DNA from: Coleofasciculaceae cyanobacterium
GTDB taxonomy: Bacteria; Cyanobacteriota; Cyanobacteriia; Cyanobacteriales; Coleofasciculaceae
NCBI GenBank assembly: GCA_049683475.1
Contig: JBAUJE010000237.1
Span: 11,548 to 35,547, forward strand
Length of the DNA: 24,000 nucleotides
Direction of reading: 5' to 3'
Shown: positions 6,239-14,873 of the stretch, piece by piece
How positions within the stretch are numbered: position 1 is the first letter of the stretch
How the letters are laid out: every line of letters starts with the position of its first letter
The notes under the pieces: generated by a model
Told to the model about the DNA's origin: nothing
The model's database searches: none
The model's input: the letters and a program-made list of their open reading frames with translations, nothing else
Made by a program: the position numbers and the translations under genes

Positions 6239-8672
6239 AGGCGAAGATAAGCTATACATTAAAGGTGTGACCTACGGGACGTTTAGCCCTAATAGTAGTG
6301 ATGAGTCCTATCCTGCACCAGATGTAGTTGCCCAAGATTTTGCTCAGATGGCAGCTAACGGCATAAATGCGGTGCGAACCTACACACCTCCTCCAACATG
6401 GCTTCTCGATCTTGCCTACAACTCCAATCTCTGGGTCATGGTAGGGTTGCCTTGGGAACAACATATTGCTTTCCTTGAAGACAAAAATCGCATCCGAGAA
6501 ATTATTGAGGACAGAATCCTGGCTGGGGTGCGTACCTGTGCCGGACATCCGGCTGTCCTCTGTTACGCTGTCGGCAACGAGATTCCTGCACCCATTGCTC
6601 GCTGGTACGGCAGGTGTCGTATTCAACGCTTCCTCGAACAGCTTTATCAGTCTGTCAAGGCTGAGGACTCTCAAAGTTTGGTGACTTATGTAAACTACCC
6701 CAGCACCGAGTATTTGCACCTTTCTTTTGTTGACTTTATCTGTTTCAACGTCTATCTCGAATCAAAGGAGCGCTTAGAAGCCTATCTTGCCCGTCTGCAA
6801 AACCTTGCCGGAGACCTTCCCTTGGTGATGGCTGAGATTGGACTTGATAGTCTCAGGAACGGAGAAGCCGTTCAGGCAGAAACCCTAGATTGGCAAATCC
6901 GCACCATCTTTGCATCTGGCTGTGCGGGCTGTTTTATTTTTGCCTGGACAGATGAATGGTATCGAGGAGGCACCGAGATCGAAGACTGGGATTTTGGTCT
7001 GACTGACCGGAAACGGCAACCCAAACTAGCCCTTGATACCGTTCGCCAAGCCTTTGCCACAGTCCCCTTTTCTGAAAATCTATCTTGGCCCCGCGTTTCT
7101 GTCGTTGTCTGTTCCTACAATGGTGCCAAGACGATACGCGATACCCTAGAGGCTCTCCAAAAACTTAAGTATTCTGATTACGAAGTGATTGTGGTTGACG
7201 ATGGCTCTACTGATGGTGTGACAGCCATTGCTAAAGAGTACGAGGTTCTGGTTATTACCCACCGCAAGAATCAAGGATTAAGCTGCGCTCGTAATACGGG
7301 TCTAGAGGCAGCAACAGGAAGCATTGTTGCTTACATTGACGACGACGCTTATCCAGATCCCCACTGGCTCACCTACCTCGTTGCCACCTTTCTCAACGGT
7401 GACTACGCTGGAGTGGGCGGCCCGAATCTTCCTCCTGCCAATAATGGTTTAGTTGCAGATTGTGTTGCCAATGCTCCGGGTGGACCGATACATGTTCTGC
7501 TTTCTGACCAAGAGGCAGAGCACATTCCCGGTTGCAATATGGCCTATTGGAAGAGCCATCTTCAAGCGATCGGCGGGTTTGACCCTCGGTTTCGGGCAGC
7601 AGGAGATGATGTTGATATCTGTTGGCGGTTACAGGAGGAGGGTTGGAAGCTAGGGTTTAGTCCTGCTGCTGTTGTTTGGCATCATCGCCGCAATTCTATA
7701 AGACTTTACTGGAAACAGCAAAAGGGGTACGGCAAAGCAGAAGCTCTGCTAGAAAGCAAATGGCCACAAAAGTACAACGCCGTTGGTCATGTTAGCTGGT
7801 CGGGGCGACTTTATGGTCAAGGAATAGTACAAATGCTTGATTGGCGCTCAAGCCGAATCTATCACGGCACTTGGGGTAGCGCACTCTTTCAATCTGTGTA
7901 TCAGCCCGTGCCAAATACAGTAAGTACACTGCCCCTAATGCCCGAATGGTATCTTGTCATTTTGGTACTCGCAGGTCTATCTAGCCTAGCAGTCTTCTGG
8001 AAACCATTAATTGTTTTTATTCCCTGCCTTTTAATCGCCTTGACTGCACCCATTGTGCAAGCGATTTTAAGTGCTGCCAAGGCCTCTTTCACAGTGCCGA
8101 TAAAGTCTCGTGTTGACCGCTTTAAACTCTATAGCTTGACAGCTTTACTTTATCTACTTCAACCCTTAGCCCGTTTATGGGGTCGGCTTGATAACGGACT
8201 CACTCCCTGGCGAAAGCGTGGTGCCACCTTTTTCAAATTTCCTAGTCCTCGGCACGACACCATCTGGAGCGAATTTTGGCATCCCCCTGAGAAGCGCCTG
8301 GTAATTTTAAATGATGGCCTTCACAAACAAGGTGTGGTTGCCATGTCTGGAAGCGATTTTGATCGCTGGGATCTAGAGATTAGGGGGGGGTTATTTGGCT
8401 CTGTCCGAGTTCTTATGGCTGTCGAAGAGCATGGTCAAGGCAAACAGCTAGTAAGATTCCGCTCTTGGCCGAGGATTAATTTTTCTATTCTGATTATTAC
8501 CTTTGCTTTGACAACTCTCTCAATTACGGCAGCCTTCGACCAAGCGACCGTTGTCTCGATTATTCTTGGATCATCTGCTGGACTGCTAGCGCTTTTCATA
8601 CTTCAAGATTGCGCTACTGCTAACGCTTCCTATTTTCATGCCCTTGAACAAGTCCAAGCAGGAGAACCTTGA
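6195..8672 (+). CDS. Multidomain membrane glycosyltransferase: N-terminal glycoside-hydrolase-like TIM barrel, GT2 (GT-A) domain, C-terminal multi-TM module
   Basis: 825-aa ORF. TTG start at 6195 with AAGGA at 6180-6184. The GH-like region has GINAVRTY, AVGNEIP (Asn-Glu pair) and VMAEIGLDS. The GT2 region has VSVVVCSYNG, VIVVDDGSTDG, AYIDDDA (DxD) and AGDDVDICWRLQEEGW. Hydrophobic segments: WYLVILVLAGLSSLAVFWKPLIVFIPCLLIALTAPIV and INFSILIITFALTTLSITAAF...IILGSSAGLLALFIL. Confidence 0.85.
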   Translation: MQELRPEVKGKFIFVGEDKLYIKGVTYGTFSPNSSDESYPAPDVVAQDFAQMAANGINAVRTYTPPPTWLLDLAYNSNLWVMVGLPWEQHIAFLEDKNRIREIIEDRILAGVRTCAGHPAVLCYAVGNEIPAPIARWYGRCRIQRFLEQLYQSVKAEDSQSLVTYVNYPSTEYLHLSFVDFICFNVYLESKERLEAYLARLQNLAGDLPLVMAEIGLDSLRNGEAVQAETLDWQIRTIFASGCAGCFIFAWTDEWYRGGTEIEDWDFGLTDRKRQPKLALDTVRQAFATVPFSENLSWPRVSVVVCSYNGAKTIRDTLEALQKLKYSDYEVIVVDDGSTDGVTAIAKEYEVLVITHRKNQGLSCARNTGLEAATGSIVAYIDDDAYPDPHWLTYLVATFLNGDYAGVGGPNLPPANNGLVADCVANAPGGPIHVLLSDQEAEHIPGCNMAYWKSHLQAIGGFDPRFRAAGDDVDICWRLQEEGWKLGFSPAAVVWHHRRNSIRLYWKQQKGYGKAEALLESKWPQKYNAVGHVSWSGRLYGQGIVQMLDWRSSRIYHGTWGSALFQSVYQPVPNTVSTLPLMPEWYLVILVLAGLSSLAVFWKPLIVFIPCLLIALTAPIVQAILSAAKASFTVPIKSRVDRFKLYSLTALLYLLQPLARLWGRLDNGLTPWRKRGATFFKFPSPRHDTIWSEFWHPPEKRLVILNDGLHKQGVVAMSGSDFDRWDLEIRGGLFGSVRVLMAVEEHGQGKQLVRFRSWPRINFSILIITFALTTLSITAAFDQATVVSIILGSSAGLLALFILQDCATANASYFHALEQVQAGEP

Positions 8673-10441
8673 TAAAAAAACGATATCACGACGTAATACT
8701 CTATCGGCGTCTTTTGCGTCAGACTCGACCTTACTGGTGGCAAATTGGCATCATCTTACTGTTGAGCCTCTTGGCCACTCCCTTTGTTCTGCTCACGCCC
8801 TTACCCCTGAAAATTGCTGTTGATAACGTCGTTGGTCAAGAACCTGTCTCTGGTTTTTTAGGAGCCCTACTACCAACTGCCGTTACCGAATCAGAGACAG
8901 CGCTACTTACCTTTGCAGTATCTCTGCTACTCCTGATTGCTTTGGTGGATAAACTTCGAGACCTAGTGGTCACGGTGCTGCGCACCTATACGAGTGAAAA
9001 GCTCGTCCTGAGCTTTCGCTCCCAGATATTTCGGCATATCCAACGGCTTTCACTGGCTTACCATGACTCAAAAGGAACATCTGACTCAACCTACTGTATT
9101 CAATATGATGCACCTTCTATTTACGAGTTCTTGATCAACGGCGTTATTCCCTCCATCACCTCGAGTGTTACCGTCATCGCGATGGTCTACATCACGGCAC
9201 GAATTGACTGGCAGTTGGCTTTGGTCGCTCTGGCCGTGTCTCCGTTCCTTTTCCTGGTTGCCCGTAGTTATCAAGGTCACCTTCGCCGTCAGTGGCGTCA
9301 GGCTAAAGCGATTGAAAGTGAAACGCTATCAGTAGTACAAGAGGTTCTCACTGCCCTCCGAGTCGTCAAAGCATTTGGACAAGAAGATCGCGAACAGGAG
9401 CGCTTTATTCAGTATTCCGGTGCAGGAATGCAGGCTCGCATTCGCCTATCGCTAGTGGAGGGAAAGCTGGGTGTGCTGCTGAAGCTAACCACAACAGTCG
9501 GCACCGCTGCGGTTCTTTTTATTGGCATCAGCCATATTCAAGCTAACAGACTTACCCTCGGCGATTTGCTGTTAATAATGGGCTACCTGTCTCAACTCTA
9601 CAGCCCTTTAAACACCATTGGTAAAAAAATAGGAAAGCTACAGGGTCATCTCGCCAGTGCTGAGCGGGCTTACAGGATTCTCGACCAGACACCAGAAGTC
9701 CGCGAAACCCCTCACGCCCTTAGACTAAAGCGCGCCAAGGGTTCGGTGACTTTTCGTAATGTTTCCTTTGCTTATGCTCCACCTCAAAGGGTTTTAAGTG
9801 ATATTTCCTTCGCTGTCCCAAAAGGAACTCGTGTCGGGATTATTGGTAAAACAGGCAGCGGTAAAACAACTCTGCTCAGTTTGTTAACGCGCTTTTATGA
9901 CCCGACTGCTGGCCAAATCTTGCTTGATAATGTCGATTTGCGCCAATACAAACTTGCCGACTTGCGCAGTCAGTTTGCTATTGTTCTCCAAGAGTCAGTA
10001 CTTTTTTCGACCAGTATTGCTGAAAATATCGCTTATGCTCATCCGGAAGCCAGCAACGAGCAAGTTATAGAAGCTGCAAAAGCAGCAAATGCTCATGAGT
10101 TCATCACTAGCTTCCCTTGTGGCTACCAAACTCAGGTTGCAGAGCGTGGGATTCGCCTTTCAGGTGGTGAACGTCAGCGTATTGCCCTTGCTCGTGCCTT
10201 TCTCAAAGATTCACCCATCCTGATTCTCGATGAGCCGACTAGTTCTGTTGACGTGCAAACTGAAGTTCAGATTATGGAGGCGATGGAACGGCTCATGCGC
10301 GGTCGCACTACCTTCATGATTTCTCACCGCTTGAGTACCTTGGAGAATTGTGATGTTTTGCTTGTAATCGAGAATGGACAACTGATCGAAACGACATCTG
10401 ATGTATCAGCAGCAATTGAGAATCGGTTCGCGGCTGGCTAA
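8669..10441 (+). CDS. Fused TMD-NBD ABC exporter (MsbA/type IV exporter-like half transporter)
   Basis: 590-aa ORF. The N-terminal half has about 6 hydrophobic helices. The NBD has Walker A GKTGSGKTT, signature LSGGERQR, Walker B ILILDEPTS and H-loop ISHRL. The TTG start at 8669 overlaps the upstream TGA (TTGA, 8669-8672). AGGAG lies at 8660-8664. Confidence 0.93.
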   Translation: MIKKRYHDVILYRRLLRQTRPYWWQIGIILLLSLLATPFVLLTPLPLKIAVDNVVGQEPVSGFLGALLPTAVTESETALLTFAVSLLLLIALVDKLRDLVVTVLRTYTSEKLVLSFRSQIFRHIQRLSLAYHDSKGTSDSTYCIQYDAPSIYEFLINGVIPSITSSVTVIAMVYITARIDWQLALVALAVSPFLFLVARSYQGHLRRQWRQAKAIESETLSVVQEVLTALRVVKAFGQEDREQERFIQYSGAGMQARIRLSLVEGKLGVLLKLTTTVGTAAVLFIGISHIQANRLTLGDLLLIMGYLSQLYSPLNTIGKKIGKLQGHLASAERAYRILDQTPEVRETPHALRLKRAKGSVTFRNVSFAYAPPQRVLSDISFAVPKGTRVGIIGKTGSGKTTLLSLLTRFYDPTAGQILLDNVDLRQYKLADLRSQFAIVLQESVLFSTSIAENIAYAHPEASNEQVIEAAKAANAHEFITSFPCGYQTQVAERGIRLSGGERQRIALARAFLKDSPILILDEPTSSVDVQTEVQIMEAMERLMRGRTTFMISHRLSTLENCDVLLVIENGQLIETTSDVSAAIENRFAAG

Positions 10442-10495
10442 TTTAACGAACGGTAAATTCTACAAAAACCTTAATTAGATATAGGGAGATTAACC

Positions 10496-11530
10496 ATGGA
10501 AAAAATGCGTGCAATCTACATTATCAAACAGTTTCCCCAACTATCAGAAACTTATGTCAAATCAGAGATTGAAGCTGTTCAAGATGAATGTGAGGTTCTG
10601 GTAATTGGCTTAAATTACCCTGATGTCCCCTACAAAAATCATGCGCCGTATCATGTTCTCTTTGACTGGGATAGAATCGTTGAAATTATTGAGGAATTCA
10701 AACCCCACGTTCTGCACACGCATTGGCTTTACAACATCTGGAAACTTGAGCATTTTGCCCAGAAAACCAACACTCCCTATACGATTCGAGCACACTCGTT
10801 TGATCTGTTGATTAACCCAGAAGAACACTACACCAGTGCGGTACCGTTAATCAACGATGATTTGTGTCTTGGTGTCCTCACCTTTCCGTTTGGTCGTCCA
10901 CCGTTGGAGAAAATTGGTGTCCGTAGTGACAAGCTACACGATTGTTATCCAGTGGTTCATTACAATCGCTTTTATGACCGTTCCCCCAATGGTGAGGCAG
11001 TCATGAACGTGGGAGCCTGTAATGCTAAGAAAAAGATGGAGGACTTTATCGAACTTGCAGATATGCTTCCCCAGATGCAGTTTAACTTGTATCCAGTGGG
11101 GTATGATGCTCCGAAAATTAAAAAAATCAACGAAACCAACCGCAATCCCGTCAATATTGGCACGCCCGTTCAGCCAGAAGAGATGCCACGGGAGTACAAA
11201 AAGCATCGCTGGATGGTTTACACCGCCTCCCACAAAATGGGAACTGTGGGCTGGCCTATCGCCCTTGCCGAGGCTCAAGCCTCTGGTGTGGGTGTTTGTA
11301 TGGCGAATTTACGCCCAGACCTACGGGAATATGTAGGAGAAGCTGGCTTTTTGTTTGACTCGATTAGCGAAGCAAAAGAGATCATCTCTCAACCCTTCCC
11401 TGACGAATTACGGGAAATTGGCTTTGAGCATGCCAAAAAGAGCGATGTCTTTGAGCATAAAACTATTTTGACTAATTTGTGGCGGAATGCCACCCAAAGT
11501 GATGTAGCCAGACAGAAGTCATTAGTCTAA
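10496..11530 (+). CDS. Short GT-B fold glycosyltransferase, GT4-like
   Basis: 344-aa ORF. ATG start with GGGAGA 8 nt upstream. The N-terminus MRAIYIIKQFPQLSETYVKSEI resembles WcaL/GT4-type N-termini. The C-terminal ALAEAQASGVGVCM...EYVGEAGFLF resembles the GT4 E(x7)E region. The assignment is by resemblance only. Confidence 0.65.
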   Translation: MEKMRAIYIIKQFPQLSETYVKSEIEAVQDECEVLVIGLNYPDVPYKNHAPYHVLFDWDRIVEIIEEFKPHVLHTHWLYNIWKLEHFAQKTNTPYTIRAHSFDLLINPEEHYTSAVPLINDDLCLGVLTFPFGRPPLEKIGVRSDKLHDCYPVVHYNRFYDRSPNGEAVMNVGACNAKKKMEDFIELADMLPQMQFNLYPVGYDAPKIKKINETNRNPVNIGTPVQPEEMPREYKKHRWMVYTASHKMGTVGWPIALAEAQASGVGVCMANLRPDLREYVGEAGFLFDSISEAKEIISQPFPDELREIGFEHAKKSDVFEHKTILTNLWRNATQSDVARQKSLV

Positions 11531-11570
11531 GTCCAGGTGTACCAGCAGAGCAATGAAATGATAGACCTTT

Positions 11571-11608
11571 TGTAGGTAGCCTTTGCTAGCGTGGCGCTCT
11601 AGCCTACA
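11571..11608 (+). other. Intercistronic imperfect stem-loop between the GT4-like and CgeB-like genes
   Basis: TGTAGG-TAG ... CTA-g-CCTACA forms the outer stem with one bulge. The inner stem is GCTAGCG tgg CGC(tc)TAGC. No T-run follows, so it is not a classical terminator. Confidence 0.5.
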
Positions 11609-11672
11609 CGGCTCAGGAGGATGGTTCGGTTCGACCAGCAGAAATCAGTTAAGAAAACTCGAGGGAAACCAG

Positions 11673-12878
11673 ATGTCTCACTTACGTATTGTCATTGGAA
11701 ATCAGACACTAGCAAAGTACTTACAAGGGGGCGGACATTGGATTATTCGCATTCAGTATTTACTGGGATTGCGGGCTTTGAAACATGATGTTGTGCTGCT
11801 TGAGTTGTTGTGGTCAAGCGGCAATCATCAGCAAGATGAGCAGCGCATCAGCCAATTCTTTCAGCAGTTGGCAGAATACGGACTAGCTGAATGCTGTGTG
11901 CTACTCTTATTTCCCAAGGAACTTAAAGAACCAAGATTTGAGTCAGCCCAGGCCTATGGCAAAAGCAAAGCAGAAATCGCAGATATTATTAAGAGTGCAG
12001 ATTTGCTCTGGAACGATTGCTGTAGTATCCGCCAGCCTCTACTTGGTATGTTTAAGCATCGGGTACTTATCGATCTAGATCCAGGAGTGGTTCAAGTTTC
12101 CTGTATAGATTGGGAGGACGAGAATCAGGATGCACCGCCCCTCGGCCCGGTTGCAGAAGCCATGAGTATTCATGACCATCACGCTTTTTTAACCGTTGGT
12201 CGGAAGATGAATGATCCAGATTGCGAAGTCCCAACGTTGGGTTTAGAGTGGCATACCTTCAGCCCATTTGTTTATCTTCCTTTATGGCAGGTTGCTCCCA
12301 ACCCAGGTTTAGCTAGTCCGTTTAGCTCTATTACTCATTGGAGTTGGAAGGAAATTTGGATGAAAAAGCGGATTTTAAGCACTTCTAAGCGTAAAGCTTA
12401 TCTCCGCTATCTTGATTTACCGCAAAAAACAGGAAGAGCGTTTGAACTTGCTGCCAATATTCATCCTGACGATAACACCGGCGATCGCGAATTGCTAACA
12501 GAGCATAACTGGAAACTCGTCGATCCTTGGGAGGTTGCTAAATCGCCTGCCGCATATCAAAACTACATTGCTAGTTCCCGTGCCGAAATTATGTGTCCTA
12601 AACCAATCTTTAGAGAATTGAAGTCAGGTTGGTTTAGTGACCGCAGTGCCTGTTACCTAGCGAGTGGACGACCCGTCCTAGCAGAGGATACAGGATTTAG
12701 CGACCATCTCCCCACCGGAAAAGGGTTGTTGGCATTTCGTGACTTGGAGGAAGCGATCGCCGGGGTTCACGAGATTGACGCAAACTATCCTAAACACATG
12801 CAAGCCGCTCGCGAACTAGCAGAAGAATTGTTAGATTCTCAACGCTGCTTGGAGAAAATATTAGCTGCTTGTAGTTAG
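11673..12878 (+). CDS. CgeB-like / Glyco_trans_1_2-like GT-B protein, paralog 1
   Basis: I place the start at ATG 11673 (MSHLRIVIGN) with GAGGGA at 11661-11666. The track's TTG at 11583 would add 30 unconserved residues that overlap the stem-loop. The C-terminal block SGWFSDRSACYLASGRPVLAEDTGF and the DLDPG motif are shared with the next gene. Confidence 0.7.
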   Translation: MSHLRIVIGNQTLAKYLQGGGHWIIRIQYLLGLRALKHDVVLLELLWSSGNHQQDEQRISQFFQQLAEYGLAECCVLLLFPKELKEPRFESAQAYGKSKAEIADIIKSADLLWNDCCSIRQPLLGMFKHRVLIDLDPGVVQVSCIDWEDENQDAPPLGPVAEAMSIHDHHAFLTVGRKMNDPDCEVPTLGLEWHTFSPFVYLPLWQVAPNPGLASPFSSITHWSWKEIWMKKRILSTSKRKAYLRYLDLPQKTGRAFELAANIHPDDNTGDRELLTEHNWKLVDPWEVAKSPAAYQNYIASSRAEIMCPKPIFRELKSGWFSDRSACYLASGRPVLAEDTGFSDHLPTGKGLLAFRDLEEAIAGVHEIDANYPKHMQAARELAEELLDSQRCLEKILAACS

Positions 12879-12968
12879 AGATTGCTCCTCCAACAGTACT
12901 AATTTGTAGACAGGCTTAACTAATAAGTTCTTCAATCCCTATGGCAGTATCAGTTAGAGGCAACAGTC

Positions 12969-14216
12969 GTGACTTCCTCTCTTAGAATCATCGTAACTGG
13001 TTTAGTCGGTCTCTACCCAGTTGGTGGAGTGGCCTGGGATTACTTACAATATTTAATTGGTCTGACAAGGCTGGGTCACGATGTTTACTATCATGAGGAC
13101 ACTTGGAGCTGGCCCTACCATCCCATCGAGAGAACTTACACTTCAGAAGGAACTTATTCAGCAACATACATTGATAATTTCTTCAATCGGTATGCCCCCC
13201 AACTAAGGGAAAAATGGCACTATCTGCATTTACACGAGATCAGCTTTGGGATGGAAAGAGCGGCTTTCGACGAGATTGCCAGGACAGCCGATTTGTTTTT
13301 AAACATTAGCGGTGCCTGTATGATTCCCGACAACCTTTCACCTCAATGTCTTAAAGTCTTTTTAGATACCGATCCGGGATACAACCAAATCGTGCTGAGT
13401 GAACGGTTCTCATGGTCAGAGAATGTAGAGCGATGGTGTACTAATGTGGCGGCTCACGACTGCCACTTTACTTATGCCGAAAATATATATGGCGCTGAGT
13501 GTACCATTCCTAAAGTCGGCATTAACTGGAAGACAACGCGGATGCCGATTGTGATTGATTTGTGGACACCCTTGGTTGGGGCAGAGCAACCTAATCTACT
13601 GCCCTGGACAACCGTTATGACCTGGAATGCGTTTAAGGGCAAATTGATTTACAAAGGTGTGGAATATAAAAGCAAAGGCAATGAGTTTGATAAAGTAATC
13701 AAACTGCCTCAAGCAACAGAAGTACCTTTCAAGATTGCAGTGGGAGGTATGAAAGCACCGCTGAAGCGCTTAGCTGATTATGGGTGGCAAGTTGTAGATG
13801 GACCGCAAGCTACTCTAACACCACCTCGATACCAGGAGTTTATTGCTCAATCACGAGGTGAGTTTTCAGTAGCCAAGCATGTGTATGCGGCAACCCAAAG
13901 TGGTTGGTTTAGTTGCCGTTCTGCTTGCTATTTAGCGGCTGGTCGCCCTGTTGTTGTACAAGATACTGGTTTTTCTGCGATCCTGCCTGTAGGAGAAGGC
14001 ATCTTACCATTTGTCACGCCAGAGGAAGCCGTCAGAGCAATATCTGAGGTTGAAAGCTGCTACAAACGACACGAGATCGCAGCACGCAGCCTTGCAAAGG
14101 AGTATTTCGACTCAGACAAAGTTCTTACTCATCTAGTCGATCAGGCGATAGGTTCATCCAAAACGGACTTGAAAAAAAATTCTGAACCCCATTCTCCACT
14201 TCACCGGGAAAACTAA
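12969..14216 (+). CDS. CgeB-like / Glyco_trans_1_2-like GT-B protein, paralog 2
   Basis: 415-aa ORF. GTG start with GAGG upstream. It shares with the preceding gene the N-terminal LRI(I/V)..G......GG..W...QYL.GL..LGHDV, D(L/T)DPG, and SGWFSCRSACYLAAGRPVVVQDTGF. Identity over the last 100 aa is roughly half, by eye. Confidence 0.7.
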   Translation: MTSSLRIIVTGLVGLYPVGGVAWDYLQYLIGLTRLGHDVYYHEDTWSWPYHPIERTYTSEGTYSATYIDNFFNRYAPQLREKWHYLHLHEISFGMERAAFDEIARTADLFLNISGACMIPDNLSPQCLKVFLDTDPGYNQIVLSERFSWSENVERWCTNVAAHDCHFTYAENIYGAECTIPKVGINWKTTRMPIVIDLWTPLVGAEQPNLLPWTTVMTWNAFKGKLIYKGVEYKSKGNEFDKVIKLPQATEVPFKIAVGGMKAPLKRLADYGWQVVDGPQATLTPPRYQEFIAQSRGEFSVAKHVYAATQSGWFSCRSACYLAAGRPVVVQDTGFSAILPVGEGILPFVTPEEAVRAISEVESCYKRHEIAARSLAKEYFDSDKVLTHLVDQAIGSSKTDLKKNSEPHSPLHREN

Positions 14217-14474
14217 GACAGGTAAGATTTGGGTGATATCGTAAATTTGAGGTTGCTTAGTTTCTTCTAGACAGAAAATTAGGAAGCACTCTTTAAACTC
14301 AAATCGTCTTAGTTTCGCCCACCTAGAAGGCTCCACGGCCTAATTCGATTAGCAAAAACTAGTTCAGCAAAAAATTTCCATACGTCTTAGATACTAATAT
14401 TGCCTAACGGTCTAAGTGTGCTAGCCATCAACTTTTTAGACCCTCCAGAAAAGTACACAAGTATTGCGCAAATT

Positions 14475-14514
14475 AAAAGCTTACTACAACCCCTGTAAGC
14501 CGTAGTAAGCTTTT
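14475..14514 (-). terminator. Rho-independent terminator of trxA (structurally bidirectional)
   Basis: Perfect 13-bp inverted repeat AAAAGCTTACTAC (14475-14487) / GTAGTAAGCTTTT (14502-14514) with a 14-nt loop. The A/T runs are built into both arms. It lies 36 nt downstream of the trxA stop on the minus strand. Confidence 0.8.
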
Positions 14515-14549
14515 GTTAATGATAATTGGCAGTCTTGTGACCTAGAAGT

Positions 14550-14873
14550 TTAGAGATACTTTTCCAAGGTATTAGCCAATGTGGTTTTGGGTACAGCACC
14601 CACCACCATATCAACTCGCTGACCGCCTTTGAAAATCATCAATGTTGGAATGCTGCGAATACCATATTGGCTGGCAACATTGGGATTCTCGTCCGTATTG
14701 AGCTTAACGACCTTGATTTGACCTTCGTACTGCTGTGAAATTTCATCCACAACAGGTGCAACCATCCGACAAGGTCCACACCAGGGGGCCCAAAAATCCA
14801 CTAAAACAGGTATTTCGCTCTCTAGTACGTCCTGCTTAAAGCTGGCGTCTGTAACTTGTACAGCTGTTGACAT
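14550..14873 (-). CDS. trxA: Thioredoxin (m-type)
   Basis: 107-aa ORF with the WCGPC active site, typical length and typical flanking sequence ([32 protein letters not shown]). Confidence 0.97.
   Translation of the reverse strand: MSTAVQVTDASFKQDVLESEIPVLVDFWAPWCGPCRMVAPVVDEISQQYEGQIKVVKLNTDENPNVASQYGIRSIPTLMIFKGGQRVDMVVGAVPKTTLANTLEKYL

Noticed and set aside
11623-11636. A GGTTCGGTTCGACC string reminiscent of a tRNA T-arm.
   Set aside because: No acceptor stem, D-arm or anticodon arm can be drawn around it. No other intergenic region contains a GTTCGAATC-type T-loop. No tRNA is called in this window.
11583-11672. Upstream TTG start that extends CgeB-like paralog 1 by 30 residues (MLAWRSSLHGSGGWFGSTSRNQLRKLEGNQ).
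   Set aside because: The extension has no counterpart in the paralog and overlaps the 11571-11608 stem-loop. The ATG at 11673 has a GAGGGA Shine-Dalgarno sequence and aligns with the paralog N-terminus.
6195-12480. A HIP1-free interval across most of the glycan locus, considered as evidence for horizontal acquisition. HIP1 GCGATCGC sites were seen at 1795, 2982, 5489, 12481, 12753, 17249, 19245, 20943 and 23861.
   Set aside because: At about one site per 2.7 kb, a 6.3-kb gap is only weakly unusual. A comparable 4.5-kb gap lies over core genes at 12760-17249. It is not decisive without genome-wide statistics.
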